A stretch of DNA of 64,000 nucleotides, from NCBI GenBank assembly GCA_963801355.1, contig CAWDEM010000008.1, forward strand, positions 800,001-864,000, read 5' to 3'. Of this stretch, positions 26,266 to 36,603 are shown piece after piece. A program made the translations under genes and the position numbers. The notes beneath the pieces are model-generated. The model saw only the letters and a program-made list of their open reading frames with translations. It did not search any database and was not told the origin of the DNA. This stretch comes from Ignavibacteriota bacterium (GTDB lineage Bacteria > Bacteroidota > Ignavibacteria > UBA10030 > UBA6906). Numbering within the stretch: the first letter of the stretch is position 1; each line of letters begins with the position of its first letter.

Positions 26266-29103
26266 CTAATCCCCCCCATCATCGAAGTGTAAGTCTGCAT
26301 CCTGCAACTTCATCTCAAGGTCATTCGGGTCAAAAGATACATCCCAGTTCCATTTGCCAAAACCACCGTGTTGATTGACAGCCTTGCACCACTCATTCAA
26401 GAAGACTCGCTTCGTTTTGTCTTGCTGCTTGTCCTGTCCCTTGGTTTCAAGAATGAGATAATCACCTGTTTTGCGCCTAATTATGAAGTCAGGATAGTAC
26501 TTCCGAACTACACCGTCATGGCTATAGTGGATGGCAAAACCGATGTGGTCGTTCTTCACAAATGAGTCAACTACCACGCTATCATTGATGGTTTTTGCTT
26601 CGAGATACTCCCAATCACTGTCCACTACAACAAAATTGATATGCGTCTTTGGAAGTGGAGCATTGCGCTTGCTCGTCCACCACGGTCGCAGGTCGTTGGT
26701 CGAGCGAATGGGATGCTCCTTGTCAAACACTGGAGTAAGTTCGGCCGTATTCTCGGCACGAATTTCATTCCAGATATGTTGAATCACTTTGTTCATGTTC
26801 AGCATAATCAGTATGCGCCTGCGGGCATCATCTTCATTGAATAGAGGGTTCTTTATCCTAATCCTGTCGGAGTAGATGAACTGCTCTATCACACCTATAA
26901 GTTGAATTAGAAATGCTTCTTTGCTCCCCTTCCAATCAGGTTTCCTTTCAGAATTGTAGATCGTTGACGCAATCCTAAACACGATAGACTGCAAACGGAA
27001 CTTGGTGCCAATCTCTTTCAAGTCAATTTCAGTGAGTGCGGCGGGGTTCGGTTTTCCCGCAATGATGGCAGCAAGCTCTGCCTCTGTTATGGCGTCGTAC
27101 GGGTCGAGTTCAAGCTGTCTGACTTTGCCCATATCCAGCGAGAGCTTTGGCTTATAGACATGGTCAATACGCAGGATATTCGGGAAAGAAATCTCATGCG
27201 CAACCTTTTCGCTTACAGGTTCAATCTTTGTTTTCGGTGGTGGCGGTGGTGGTGGAGGCCCACCTTCACCCCCCTCATGAGGAAGGAATGTGAACGGCAC
27301 TCCAAATATGTTTACATATTCTGCCTCAAATAAGCCGTCCTTTCCGACATCATAAGAAGTTCTCCGCAATCCACGGCCAACGACCTGTTCACACAGAAGC
27401 TGACTACTGAACGCCCGTAAACCCATGATGTGCGTAACGGTCTTGGCATCCCACCCCTCACTAAGCATCCCAACTGAGATTATGTTGTGCAGTTGTTCTC
27501 CGAGTTCTCCAATCCTGCCAACGGTATTGACTGTCAAACGAACAATCTCTGCCTGTTGCTTCTTCGTCAACTTCTTTGCCTTAGGAGTCTCAACCTCGTC
27601 TTCGTCGTCGTTTTCTTCCACGGTACTCAGTTCGATTTCCTCTGTTTGAGCTTCCGCCTTTTCCAAGACGCTGCTGTCAATCTGCAATGTTCTTTTCGGG
27701 TCGCACAAGTCTCCTAACCCAGCAACTGCCAGCAGGAAGGCATCTTTGTCGAACGAGTACTTCAATCGTCCTGACGTGGACGTTGTGTTTGCCACCGTAA
27801 TCATCACAGGTGGCACTTCATGACCTACCCTTTCCCACTCATCCTTTGTTGCCTTCCAGTCCTTGCCAAGAAGCAGGTAAGCATTCCTGATTAGGTCGGG
27901 CAGCGGGTCGGTTTCCTCCGCCTTGCGGTTGATGTCGTCCTTGACTGTTTCATCCATGTAGATGTGATAAAGCCGAGAGCGCAAATCCTCGTCTACTCTT
28001 CCATCATCACGAATAACAACACGGGGTGTTTTGACAAGTCCTGATTCTATTGCGTCATTCAGTCCAAAATCGCTCACTATCCACGAGTAGAGGGCTTCCT
28101 CAGAGGCTTTCTTGCCTGATGGCGCAAATGGCGTTGCTGAGAAATCGAAGCATCGGAGAATTCCCCGTGTCCGGTGAATTCTATCCAACCCACCGACCCA
28201 GACGGTGCTCTCTTCGATGTCCTCTTTCTTCACACCTGCAATCTTACTCTCTGCTGGAACTCTCCACGCATGGTGTGCTTCATCGTTTATCACAAGTAGA
28301 TTCGATGCCGAAGACATATCTTCCAATACCTCTCGAACATAGGCCTCGTCGCTTTTGGCACCTCGTTTATCAACACCTTTCTTCTTGGCAATTCTTTCTT
28401 CGCTATCCCAAGCCAAGGCATGCCAGTTAGTGATCCTGATTCTCCCTTGTCGCAGAGTTTCCATCAAACTTGAAGGGACGACGTTGAATGCCTCGTAGAA
28501 GTTTCCCTTGTCATACGGATTCAGTACACACAGACGATTACGAACCGTCAACCCCGGTGCAATCACGAACACATTCTTCGAAAAGCGCTTGTCCCTTGCA
28601 TTGGCGACCTTATTGAGCACCTGCCATGCAATGAGCATACTCATCACAATGGTCTTTCCAGACCCAGTTGCCATTTTGTTACACCAGCGGGAAAAACCTC
28701 CGCCGTCACTTGGGATTACTATTCCCGTCTTTTCGGACTCTGGTGCCTCGGTCAGCCAAATCAGGGTTTCGATTGCTTCCAACTGACAGAAGAAAAACTT
28801 CGTGTCCTTCCGCTGTTCAGGGTCTTGCCAGTGTTGCAGCAACCGTTTGGTTACCCCTGTCACCCCTGCGTAGCCCTCCTCGCGCCAATGCTTGACTCGC
28901 GGACGGATATCATTCACAAGTGGTATCGGAATGAAGACGCCGGGGTCGTCAAATCCTCTGGAATTCTCAGTCGCAATAATGTAACCCGCGGGTCTTCGTT
29001 CTCCTTCGTGAAGGATGAATTCACGAGTCTCCCGAACATACTCCCAATATCTCTGTGGTTCTTCGTACGGCGAATTGATTATGAGCTTGTTTATTGTTTT
29101 CAT
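26266..29103 (-). CDS. res: Type III restriction enzyme Res subunit (BPTD_3080-like)
   Basis: 'MATGSGKT', 'NDEAHH', 'FSATP', 'MLSEGWD', 'QVVGRGLR' and C-terminal 'PDF...ILETKG' nuclease motif. Confidence 0.92.
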   Translation of the reverse strand: MKTINKLIINSPYEEPQRYWEYVRETREFILHEGERRPAGYIIATENSRGFDDPGVFIPIPLVNDIRPRVKHWREEGYAGVTGVTKRLLQHWQDPEQRKDTKFFFCQLEAIETLIWLTEAPESEKTGIVIPSDGGGFSRWCNKMATGSGKTIVMSMLIAWQVLNKVANARDKRFSKNVFVIAPGLTVRNRLCVLNPYDKGNFYEAFNVVPSSLMETLRQGRIRITNWHALAWDSEERIAKKKGVDKRGAKSDEAYVREVLEDMSSASNLLVINDEAHHAWRVPAESKIAGVKKEDIEESTVWVGGLDRIHRTRGILRCFDFSATPFAPSGKKASEEALYSWIVSDFGLNDAIESGLVKTPRVVIRDDGRVDEDLRSRLYHIYMDETVKDDINRKAEETDPLPDLIRNAYLLLGKDWKATKDEWERVGHEVPPVMITVANTTSTSGRLKYSFDKDAFLLAVAGLGDLCDPKRTLQIDSSVLEKAEAQTEEIELSTVEENDDEDEVETPKAKKLTKKQQAEIVRLTVNTVGRIGELGEQLHNIISVGMLSEGWDAKTVTHIMGLRAFSSQLLCEQVVGRGLRRTSYDVGKDGLFEAEYVNIFGVPFTFLPHEGGEGGPPPPPPPPKTKIEPVSEKVAHEISFPNILRIDHVYKPKLSLDMGKVRQLELDPYDAITEAELAAIIAGKPNPAALTEIDLKEIGTKFRLQSIVFRIASTIYNSERKPDWKGSKEAFLIQLIGVIEQFIYSDRIRIKNPLFNEDDARRRILIMLNMNKVIQHIWNEIRAENTAELTPVFDKEHPIRSTNDLRPWWTSKRNAPLPKTHINFVVVDSDWEYLEAKTINDSVVVDSFVKNDHIGFAIHYSHDGVVRKYYPDFIIRRKTGDYLILETKGQDKQQDKTKRVFLNEWCKAVNQHGGFGKWNWDVSFDPNDLEMKLQDADLHFDDGGD

Positions 29104-29107
29104 GGGG

Positions 29108-31687
29108 TCACATGCGGATGATTTTCAGGCTTTCAATCCCGCGGGCATCAATAATCTTTACGGCGACACGTTTGCCCGGCGTGAACAGCAGCGATTCAGT
29201 GCCGCTGAACGCTTCAATCTTGTCTTCGTCAATTTCCGCTCTTAGGTTCTTTGCAAGTGTAGCCCACCCCTCCTTTACCCCTGCCATCGGGAAGAACACC
29301 TGTGATGGCAATAAACTTCTTCCATCATAATCAGAGTCCAGCATCCACATAGCGATATCGCCCTGCCCACCACTCTCTACCGTACCATTAGTCGGATTGT
29401 AGTAGTCGAAGCCGAGTACCTTTACCCTGTATTTGCCTTTGTCTTCTCCCCGTTTGACTTCTTCCATTCGTACATCGGGCTGGCCGATGAGCCAGAAGCT
29501 TTCGTTGCTGCTTCGCTTCTTTTTCAAGTCATCGGTCTGTAGGTCGGCATTCATCTGTGCCTTTAGAAGTGTTACCCCATGCCAATTCATTTCGTCAATA
29601 TCCTTGGCAGCCTCTTCATCGAATTGGAAGGCACAGAACAACACCATCTGTGGCTTTGGCTTTAGGTGTTCTGCTTCGTCTAAAGCCAACTCGACAGTCC
29701 TTTGTTCCAAAGGCGCATGTTCGGGGCCGAAACAGATTACCACGTGCTGCGGTTGTTGAAATACAGTTGGGTCTGTCTTCTCAAAGAGATTCTTGGAGTC
29801 AAGTTCGACTATAGTCTCTGCCTCTGCCTGCAAGTAGCGTGTGCCCACCATCGGCTCGACTCTGGAAAACCTAATGAGCTTACCACCTTTAGCTCTGACG
29901 CCTGCACGAAACAATTCATCACGCCATTCATTTTGACGTAGGGTCTCTCCGCTTCTCGCAACGGTATTATCGGCTCTACCAGCCGTGCTGCTTTCAACGT
30001 CGTCAAATGACCGCGCGACGGGAGCGGGCACTGCTTCAACTGTGAATGGGCCTGTCACCCTTATTCTCTTGCTGTCTATCAATGGTTTGTCATACAGGAT
30101 TTCTTGAGACGCTGGTTCATTGTTGGCGATGCATTTCATCGTCACGTGAGTTACACTTCTGTACGAGAAACCACTGCTTACTCCTTCGTTCGGGTGCGCC
30201 AATTCAAAATAGTCAAAGTTGTCAGTTATTAGGCTTTGCTTCGCAAGGGCTACGGCTACTCGTGAAGTGTCGCATGTAATCCATCTCCTGCCCCATTTTT
30301 CTGCAACAGATGCCGTTGTGCCGCTTCCACAAGTGATATCTAAGACTAAGTCTCCCGGGTCAGAAGTCATAAGAAGACACCGTTGCACTATCTCCTTGTT
30401 TGTTTGAACGACGTAAACTGGGTTCGCTGCCCCGCCGAAACCTGACCATAAGTTTGTCAGCGCTCGATAGGGAAAATCATCGAAATAGGATATGAACCGA
30501 ATGCTGTTGTCGGTCGCCACAACTCTGTTCGCCTTTAAAACGTTCTGTATTCCGTCTGGAGTTGTTCCCCACCACCTATTTCCAGAGTCGTATTTTCTCC
30601 CCCTATACTCTATCGTGAATTTGGAGCCGGGGCCGGGCTTAGTCATCAAGACCGTCATGAAAGGCTTTGCACCTTTCGGCAAGGGTACAGCTTTGGTGGA
30701 TTCTTGCTCCGTCATTGGCCTCCGTTTCCCGCCACTTTCTTCAATCAAAGTGTAACCAGAGTCATAGGCATCGCTCTTCTTTTCAAATAGTGGTCTGTAC
30801 TTGACGTGTGCCGAATCCTTTGCATACCAAAGAATGTAGTCCAACACACTGCCTACGCGGTTTACAGCCCGTAACCCACCAGCGGCTTTCGAGAAACAAA
30901 CAAGGGACAGGAAATTGTCAGAGCCAAAAACCTCATCCAAGATGTTCTTCACCAGATGAACATTCTCATCACTAATCTGGACGAAAACGCATCCACTTTC
31001 ATGAAGAAGGTCTCTTGCCAATAGTAATCGGTCACGCAGATAACTGAGGTAACTGTGAATGCCCAACTCCCACGTATCCCTGAATGCTTTTATCATTTCA
31101 GGCTCCGCCGTCAAATCCTCATCTTTACCATCCTTCACATCACGCCTGTTTACGAATGGTTGGAAGTTGCTGCCATATTTGATGCCATAAGGTGGATCAC
31201 AATACACCATCTGCACCTTGCCACCCATGGCTTCCTTTTCCAAAAGAGAGTTCATTACCAATAGACTGTCGCCCGCAATTAGGCGATTGCTCCAATTTTC
31301 TTTGTGCCTATAGAACTCAATTGCCTCACGCATAGGCATCCGGTGCGCCTCAAATAGAGAAATCTGTCCTTTGTCGTCTGGTTTTTTGCAGACGGATTCA
31401 ATAATCCGCTTCGGGTCAATCCGCTCGTGAACGTGCAGACTCACCGTGGGCACCTCAAAACTCGTGTGTTCGGCTTTGCCAGCCCATTCCAGTCGCGGGT
31501 CAAGGTGGGGATCATACTGGTATTTCTTCTTTTTCAATCCAACGTTGTCACTATGGGCGTCCACCAATCCGACAGGTGGGTTGTTCAGCCGCTGTTTGTC
31601 CTTATGCTCATAAGCCACGATAGGTTTATGAGAACTCGGTACTTTGGTGCGCGGCATTTTCACTCTGGGAGATTTCTTCTTTGCCAT
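29108..31687 (-). CDS. mod: Type III Mod subunit, adenine DNA methyltransferase
   Basis: 'DPPYG' precedes 'VLDITCGSGTT' (beta class); 4 bp from res. Confidence 0.92.
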   Translation of the reverse strand: MAKKKSPRVKMPRTKVPSSHKPIVAYEHKDKQRLNNPPVGLVDAHSDNVGLKKKKYQYDPHLDPRLEWAGKAEHTSFEVPTVSLHVHERIDPKRIIESVCKKPDDKGQISLFEAHRMPMREAIEFYRHKENWSNRLIAGDSLLVMNSLLEKEAMGGKVQMVYCDPPYGIKYGSNFQPFVNRRDVKDGKDEDLTAEPEMIKAFRDTWELGIHSYLSYLRDRLLLARDLLHESGCVFVQISDENVHLVKNILDEVFGSDNFLSLVCFSKAAGGLRAVNRVGSVLDYILWYAKDSAHVKYRPLFEKKSDAYDSGYTLIEESGGKRRPMTEQESTKAVPLPKGAKPFMTVLMTKPGPGSKFTIEYRGRKYDSGNRWWGTTPDGIQNVLKANRVVATDNSIRFISYFDDFPYRALTNLWSGFGGAANPVYVVQTNKEIVQRCLLMTSDPGDLVLDITCGSGTTASVAEKWGRRWITCDTSRVAVALAKQSLITDNFDYFELAHPNEGVSSGFSYRSVTHVTMKCIANNEPASQEILYDKPLIDSKRIRVTGPFTVEAVPAPVARSFDDVESSTAGRADNTVARSGETLRQNEWRDELFRAGVRAKGGKLIRFSRVEPMVGTRYLQAEAETIVELDSKNLFEKTDPTVFQQPQHVVICFGPEHAPLEQRTVELALDEAEHLKPKPQMVLFCAFQFDEEAAKDIDEMNWHGVTLLKAQMNADLQTDDLKKKRSSNESFWLIGQPDVRMEEVKRGEDKGKYRVKVLGFDYYNPTNGTVESGGQGDIAMWMLDSDYDGRSLLPSQVFFPMAGVKEGWATLAKNLRAEIDEDKIEAFSGTESLLFTPGKRVAVKIIDARGIESLKIIRM

Positions 31688-31902
31688 AGCGGTTCACCCG
31701 TAACAAGTGAGAAGGCGTGTGTGGAGAGGTGAGCAAGACGACAGCGCACGGGTAAGCTTCTGCGAATCCCTCCCCCTGAGTCAAGAAGGACTGTACTGAA
31801 TGAGGATGTACCCCTCAGTCAGATGTTTCGGTCGACTGCTTCACGGAATTCACAGCCAGCCGTGGTGCTAAGTTAGCAGAATCTTGAGGAAAATCAAACC
31901 AG

Positions 31903-32724
31903 TCACGGATGTTCCTTTTTGCGGCCCATGTACTCCATAGCCTCCTGCACTCTACCCGATTCATTCATCTTGGTTGCCATTTCGAAGAGCATCGCCATGT
32001 CTTCAAATCGCATGAGGGAAACGAGGAGTCTGCCATCTCTTTTGAGGAACAAGTGGGAAAAGCGTAAGGTCTCGGAATGACTTGAAACGAAAAACGCCCA
32101 CGAGCAACCGCCAAGGACAAACCTGTAGACTCTGTGTCCCTCTACCCGCGCCGCGTCTGGTGATACAATGAGGTCTTTCAAAAAGCCCCCTTCTTGGAGC
32201 ATCGGTACCGCAACAAACACGCCATATTCGCAGTACTCACCGGGCCTCTTCGTCAGGAGCATTGATCGAATGCGCTCCTCGTGAGGCCCCAACTTTACAG
32301 CCTTGAAAGCTGGCAACGATGAAACGCTGGCACGCCACAAAAGCGAGAGTTGGAACAGGCGAAATTTGTCGTAGTCGATATTGCTGATTAGCCAGTAGCC
32401 CTTCCCTCTTTCTATCCCGATTTCCACTCCGCCATAGAAAACCTCGCTTACATATTTTTCCCATGGGCTGATTAGCTCTTCACACCTGTCGCACAGGAGG
32501 GTCTCACGTAGCCCCTTCTGCACGATTCGATTCTTTTCGTCCTCGTCGATTGAGAGTGCATAGAATCGGTGTAGCTCGTCATACAACGGTTTATAGAAGA
32601 ACTCTGGGATAATGTGGGATTCCACGAGTCCAGCTTCACGAAGGCAAAGTTTACAGACCATATGGATATCCTTCTCCGACTTACATCCTCTATCACGCAG
32701 GCTTTCCACCCATCCGCGCCACAT
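31903..32724 (-). CDS. HNH endonuclease-like protein (start probably at MVCKLC)
   Basis: 'CKLC...ESHIIP...LLCDRCE' pattern. Confidence 0.7.
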   Translation of the reverse strand: MWRGWVESLRDRGCKSEKDIHMVCKLCLREAGLVESHIIPEFFYKPLYDELHRFYALSIDEDEKNRIVQKGLRETLLCDRCEELISPWEKYVSEVFYGGVEIGIERGKGYWLISNIDYDKFRLFQLSLLWRASVSSLPAFKAVKLGPHEERIRSMLLTKRPGEYCEYGVFVAVPMLQEGGFLKDLIVSPDAARVEGHRVYRFVLGGCSWAFFVSSHSETLRFSHLFLKRDGRLLVSLMRFEDMAMLFEMATKMNESGRVQEAMEYMGRKKEHP

Positions 32725-33388
32725 ACTCTACCGCTTTTCGACACTTGGCAATCTGATACTCAAGGTCGGGAATCGCGGCATAGACCTCCGTGTGTCGATC
32801 TGCCAATTCCATCAGATGGCGGAGTGCGCGGGGGTCTGACGCGTCGGCTCTGACAGCCGCAATGAAGCTCCGTGCCGCCTCCGCATAGCGGCCCTGTCCT
32901 TCGAGTGACAGGCCAAGATTCTTGAACGCGTTTGCCCGTGTGTTCTCTATGGCAATTGCCTCATGCAAGTACTTTTCAGCGTCGGTAAATCGGCCCTGTT
33001 GATTTAACGAGAAGCCAATGTTGTTGTGGATCATGTACCAGTAGAGTCTGCTTCGCGGTCGCAACTCCATGGCCCGTGTGTACCACCGGATCGCGGATTC
33101 CCAGTCCGAAATGCGTTCCATCGTCTGTCCAAGGTGATAATAACATTCTGCGCGGGCCTCCGTATCCGCCGTCTCAACCAGATAGTCCCTCGCGACAGCA
33201 AGTGCATCCACGGCGCGTGCCATTGACCGATAAAGCCGAATCAACTCCAGCCGGACTCGTTGGTGATCCTCGGTAGGGTCATTCAATCGCGCAAGGAGGT
33301 GCTTTTCCACTTCTTCGGCGAAGATAGTCTCAGCCTTGACGGGGTGATGCCGACGGAAGCTGAAACGCCATTTATCGTCAACTGTCAT
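32693..33388 (-). CDS. Tetratricopeptide-repeat protein
   Basis: Three to four TPR motifs ('YYHLG', 'HNNIG', 'FKNLG'). Confidence 0.88.
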   Translation of the reverse strand: MTVDDKWRFSFRRHHPVKAETIFAEEVEKHLLARLNDPTEDHQRVRLELIRLYRSMARAVDALAVARDYLVETADTEARAECYYHLGQTMERISDWESAIRWYTRAMELRPRSRLYWYMIHNNIGFSLNQQGRFTDAEKYLHEAIAIENTRANAFKNLGLSLEGQGRYAEAARSFIAAVRADASDPRALRHLMELADRHTEVYAAIPDLEYQIAKCRKAVEYVARMGGKPA

Positions 33389-33712
33389 CTACAACTGTCC
33401 TTTCTTTTGGTTGTTCATTGCCGCAAGTCGCTCGATGCTCTCAATTGCTTGCCGCATGCGAGCCAGAGCCGGGCCATTATCAGTATGAGCATTGATATAG
33501 GCTGGCGGAACGAACCCGTGGAGGGCCACTTGTTCTTCCAACCAAGCGAGGATACCCATGCCTGTTCCAATCGTCTCGTCCCCACCAAGATCGTGATCAA
33601 GACTAAGCTTCACCACTTGACCAGTCTTCAAATGTGTGATGACCTCTTCGGGGGTGTACGCTCTCACCCACCCTTTGGGTGCCGGTCGTTTGTCGTCAAG
33701 CCAGACTTTCAT
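33389..33712 (-). CDS. Cyclic-phosphate-processing receiver domain protein (cREC)
   Basis: 'VWLDDKRPAP.GW...LSLDHDLG...G...HT.N' pattern. Confidence 0.8.
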   Translation of the reverse strand: MKVWLDDKRPAPKGWVRAYTPEEVITHLKTGQVVKLSLDHDLGGDETIGTGMGILAWLEEQVALHGFVPPAYINAHTDNGPALARMRQAIESIERLAAMNNQKKGQL

Positions 33713-33808
33713 TGCACGTCCCTCCTCGTTCTTTCTTTTCTGAAATCCTGTGTGTGCTAAGACTGAAGTCCACGGCCTACAACGGGTCGTTGAGTCTCCA
33801 ACTGGACT

Positions 33809-34093
33809 TCACGCACCCTCTTCCCTCTTCTGGGGCACGTACGTGTAAGTGAATGCTGGTCGCCCTTGCTCTGTCTTCCGCTTTGACTTGCGAGCCGACC
33901 TCATGATGAAAGAGATGAGCAATCCCCAAAAAACCAACACGAACACCGTCGCCATGACCCGGTCTTCGGTCGTTGAACTGATATTGTTCGAACCGGTCAC
34001 CAAATCCCACGCCATTGCGTGAACGAAGAGGAAGGCCGGAATGATGAGATATGATAGTGCTACCAACGTGAGAAAAGTCTCAAAGCTTCGCAT
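33809..34093 (-). CDS. Two-TM membrane protein
   Basis: Two hydrophobic helices; abuts the upstream gene. Confidence 0.6.
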   Translation of the reverse strand: MRSFETFLTLVALSYLIIPAFLFVHAMAWDLVTGSNNISSTTEDRVMATVFVLVFWGLLISFIMRSARKSKRKTEQGRPAFTYTYVPQKREEGA

Positions 34094-34339
34094 TCAGGCC
34101 TCATCCTTTTCTATCTGCTCGCGAATCGCTTGTAGCCACCGCACGTTGTCCGCCCTCTCCTTTTCAAGAAATTCCTGATAAGCTCGCGAAAGTTCGTTTA
34201 CTCGACCGCATCTTGGGCAAACCCTCACTTCATCGGAACGAACGAACCGGAGAGTGTAATCACACGCATCACAGTCGTAGAAGAAATTGCCGAATACAAT
34301 TGGCTTACGAATTGGCGCTGCTATCTCAAGCCAGAGCAT
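34094..34339 (-). CDS. Zinc-ribbon protein
   Basis: CDAC and CPRC; GGGGGA RBS. Confidence 0.65.
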   Translation of the reverse strand: MLWLEIAAPIRKPIVFGNFFYDCDACDYTLRFVRSDEVRVCPRCGRVNELSRAYQEFLEKERADNVRWLQAIREQIEKDEA

Positions 34340-34398
34340 GGTTGGTCCCCCTGTGCACTTTCTTTACCTCTCAGATTCCTCAGCGAAAGACATGGATT

Positions 34399-34743
34399 CT
34401 ATTTCAGAAATACGTATCGATTTCGTTTTTGGTCGCGTTTGACTTCGATATAGCCTGCGCGCTGCAAGAGCCGGACACATCTCGGCAAGTTCGAAACTGC
34501 GATCCCAGACCTCTCGGCGATTTGGATCAATGACGGACTGCATTCCCCCTTCGAAACGGCGAATGTTGCGAGTACGGCGTAGACCAACTTTGGCACCGCC
34601 TGCACATTCCGGTCTTGCACGAGTCCGATTGGAATCCTTATCTCCGAAGGCTCCAACGGTTGGCGCGAATGTGAATTTGAACTGGACGTCTGGGCGCCTG
34701 ACCTTGGGGGTGAGGATGTTGAAGTGGCGGAACATCGTTCCAT
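34399..34743 (-). CDS. Winged HTH protein (HTH_36-like); start uncertain
   Basis: 'KLVYAVL...CSPSLIQIAERSG...LQRAGYI...RNRY'. Confidence 0.65.
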   Translation of the reverse strand: MERCSATSTSSPPRSGAQTSSSNSHSRQPLEPSEIRIPIGLVQDRNVQAVPKLVYAVLATFAVSKGECSPSLIQIAERSGIAVSNLPRCVRLLQRAGYIEVKRDQKRNRYVFLK

Positions 34744-35159
34744 CGGCGTGACTTTGTGTAAGTATTATAATGAGAGTTATCACCGTGATAATGTAATACA
34801 TGGAGGATCAAAATCCAAGCCTTTTTTAGAGGCATCTTTCCCCCAGCCTTGCCAAGTACATTCTGTCGGATAGTGGCAGAGGCACAGTCTATTATATCGA
34901 CGGACGGGTGTTTGCTTAGCACTTCTGCCTGATGACCGAGACTGTATCGTACCAATTCCGAAACCTACCGTAACCAACCCAGTCAGAATCGAGGACTGGC
35001 TAACGGCATTAGCGATTCTGGCCAGAACGCGCATAGAAAGATCAGGCGATAGGGGGACGCAGGAGACAGATCAAAGACGTGATGCCGCGAGTTGACCAAC
35101 CGCACAACCCTGCCGCTTTGAGCGATTGGACGGAAGCCAGTCAGAAACAGGCAGCGAAA

Positions 35160-36446
35160 TCAAGCTGATGTGCGCGAGCGCTCCATCTGCAACAACTCTT
35201 CGACGAGAACTGTCAGCTTGGCGATAGACGGACGACCCTTCTTCCCCTTCTTTGGGAGTTTTGCGTTTGCACGCGTTTGTGCGGGGCCAGTAATCATCGC
35301 CGCGATTTGGGGATGGTTCAGCGTATCCAATATCCCCCACAAATTGCTTGGTGCAAGATGAGCATATATCTCGGTCGTCTTCGTGTCAGAATGCCCCATC
35401 ATTTTGCCCACTGAGAACAATGGCACACCATTCGTTGCGAGATTGCTCGCGAATGAATGCCTTAGATCGTGAAACCGTAGCTGAGGATTCAGACCTGCTT
35501 TGCGTACCCATCGTTTGAAGCATCTTCCCAGATAGCTTTCATCCATAACCTTCAACTGTCCGTTGCGTAATTGCGGGAACATCAAGCTGTTCTTGTCTCT
35601 GACATTCTTAGCTCTGACTTTCAAGACTTCGTACGCAGTGTCATTTAACGGAACAATCCGCTCACGGCTCGACTTCGTCGTAAAACCAGAATTATTTTCA
35701 TCTTTGAGTGTGTTGCGCACCTTGAGTACTCGACGCTCCAAATCCACGGCATTGGCACGTAAGTTTCGAAGTTCACCACTTCGAAGGCCTGTGTTGAAGG
35801 CGGTGATTATAAGCCGATGCATCGTTTTCCGGTTAACCACAGCATCACGTTCGTGTTGCTTGAGCGACTTGTCAACGTTTAGCCTGATGGAATCCCTTTG
35901 GGATTCCGCCGCCATCGTATCCATCAACTTGGCAAACTCGTTTACAGTCAGCCAGTTCGGTGTACGCTCAACGAGCTTAGGTTTCTTGATTGACCGCCAG
36001 ACATTGGTCTCAACATATCCCCACTTGCGAGCAGATTCGAATGCAGACGCCATTGCGGTGTAGATTCGCCGTGCGGTAGCTGCACTGGTCTTGCTCTGCT
36101 TTTCGTCCATGAAATCCTGAATGTCTTTGACCTTGATGTCGCGAATGCGCCGATCACCAATGCACCGGATGAAAACGTTGAAGCACGTTTGACAGTTCTT
36201 GTATGTCTTTAGCTTGTGTTGCTGGCGACTATGGTTGAGATACTCAGCACTGAATTCCTTGATGGATAAGTTCTTCCTCTTCGATCTTGCTTGAACTTGA
36301 CCACCGAGGAATTTCATTACCCAAGTCTTTGCATCAGCCTTCTGTTTGGAACCTGTGCTTACTTTTCTTCGCTTGCCATTTTCGTCGACGTACCAGAGGT
36401 AGAGTACTCCGCTTGCATGGCGGGACAACGAATGAGATGGTTTCAT
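35160..36446 (-). CDS. int: Tyrosine recombinase / phage integrase
   Basis: N-terminal arm-binding segment, 'TGLRSGE', 'TKS', 'FHDLRHSF', 'MGHSD...TEIY'. Confidence 0.95.
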   Translation of the reverse strand: MKPSHSLSRHASGVLYLWYVDENGKRRKVSTGSKQKADAKTWVMKFLGGQVQARSKRKNLSIKEFSAEYLNHSRQQHKLKTYKNCQTCFNVFIRCIGDRRIRDIKVKDIQDFMDEKQSKTSAATARRIYTAMASAFESARKWGYVETNVWRSIKKPKLVERTPNWLTVNEFAKLMDTMAAESQRDSIRLNVDKSLKQHERDAVVNRKTMHRLIITAFNTGLRSGELRNLRANAVDLERRVLKVRNTLKDENNSGFTTKSSRERIVPLNDTAYEVLKVRAKNVRDKNSLMFPQLRNGQLKVMDESYLGRCFKRWVRKAGLNPQLRFHDLRHSFASNLATNGVPLFSVGKMMGHSDTKTTEIYAHLAPSNLWGILDTLNHPQIAAMITGPAQTRANAKLPKKGKKGRPSIAKLTVLVEELLQMERSRTSA

Positions 36447-36558
36447 GAGACACTCCTCCCTAATAGGATTATCGGCAGGAAGGAGCGAATTTTTAGGAGT
36501 GTTTTGCTACCAGTAGTTCCAAAAGCGCGGAAAACAGAATGGATTCCCCAGATTCAGA

Positions 36559-36603
36559 CGGTTTAGGAAACCGTCGCTCTATCCATTACTGAGCTACGAG
36601 GGC
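36559..36603 (-). repeat. att core, right junction: displaced 5' half of tRNA-Arg
   Basis: tRNA 5' end through the anticodon arm, followed by non-tRNA sequence. Confidence 0.93.

Larger units (their letters stand above)
2080..36603. mobile_element. ~34.5 kb integrative element (satellite- or IME-like genomic island) in tRNA-Arg(CCT)
   Basis: 45-bp direct repeat at both ends with one mismatch, integrase next to the right end, P4-type primase-helicase, defence and cassette cargo. Confidence 0.9.

Noticed and set aside
27236-27262. (GGT/GGC)n tract in res as a phase-variable repeat
   Set aside because: An in-frame, mixed-codon polyproline linker; slippage would not shift the frame, and I saw no simple repeat in the 5' part of mod.
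35160-36446. Integrase as the integron integrase for the attC array
   Set aside because: It has an N-terminal arm-binding region, sits at the tRNA att, lies ~25 kb from the cassettes, and I do not recognise the IntI-specific insertion.
36559-36603. Second functional tRNA-Arg
   Set aside because: No T-arm or 3' acceptor strand follows; it is the att remnant.
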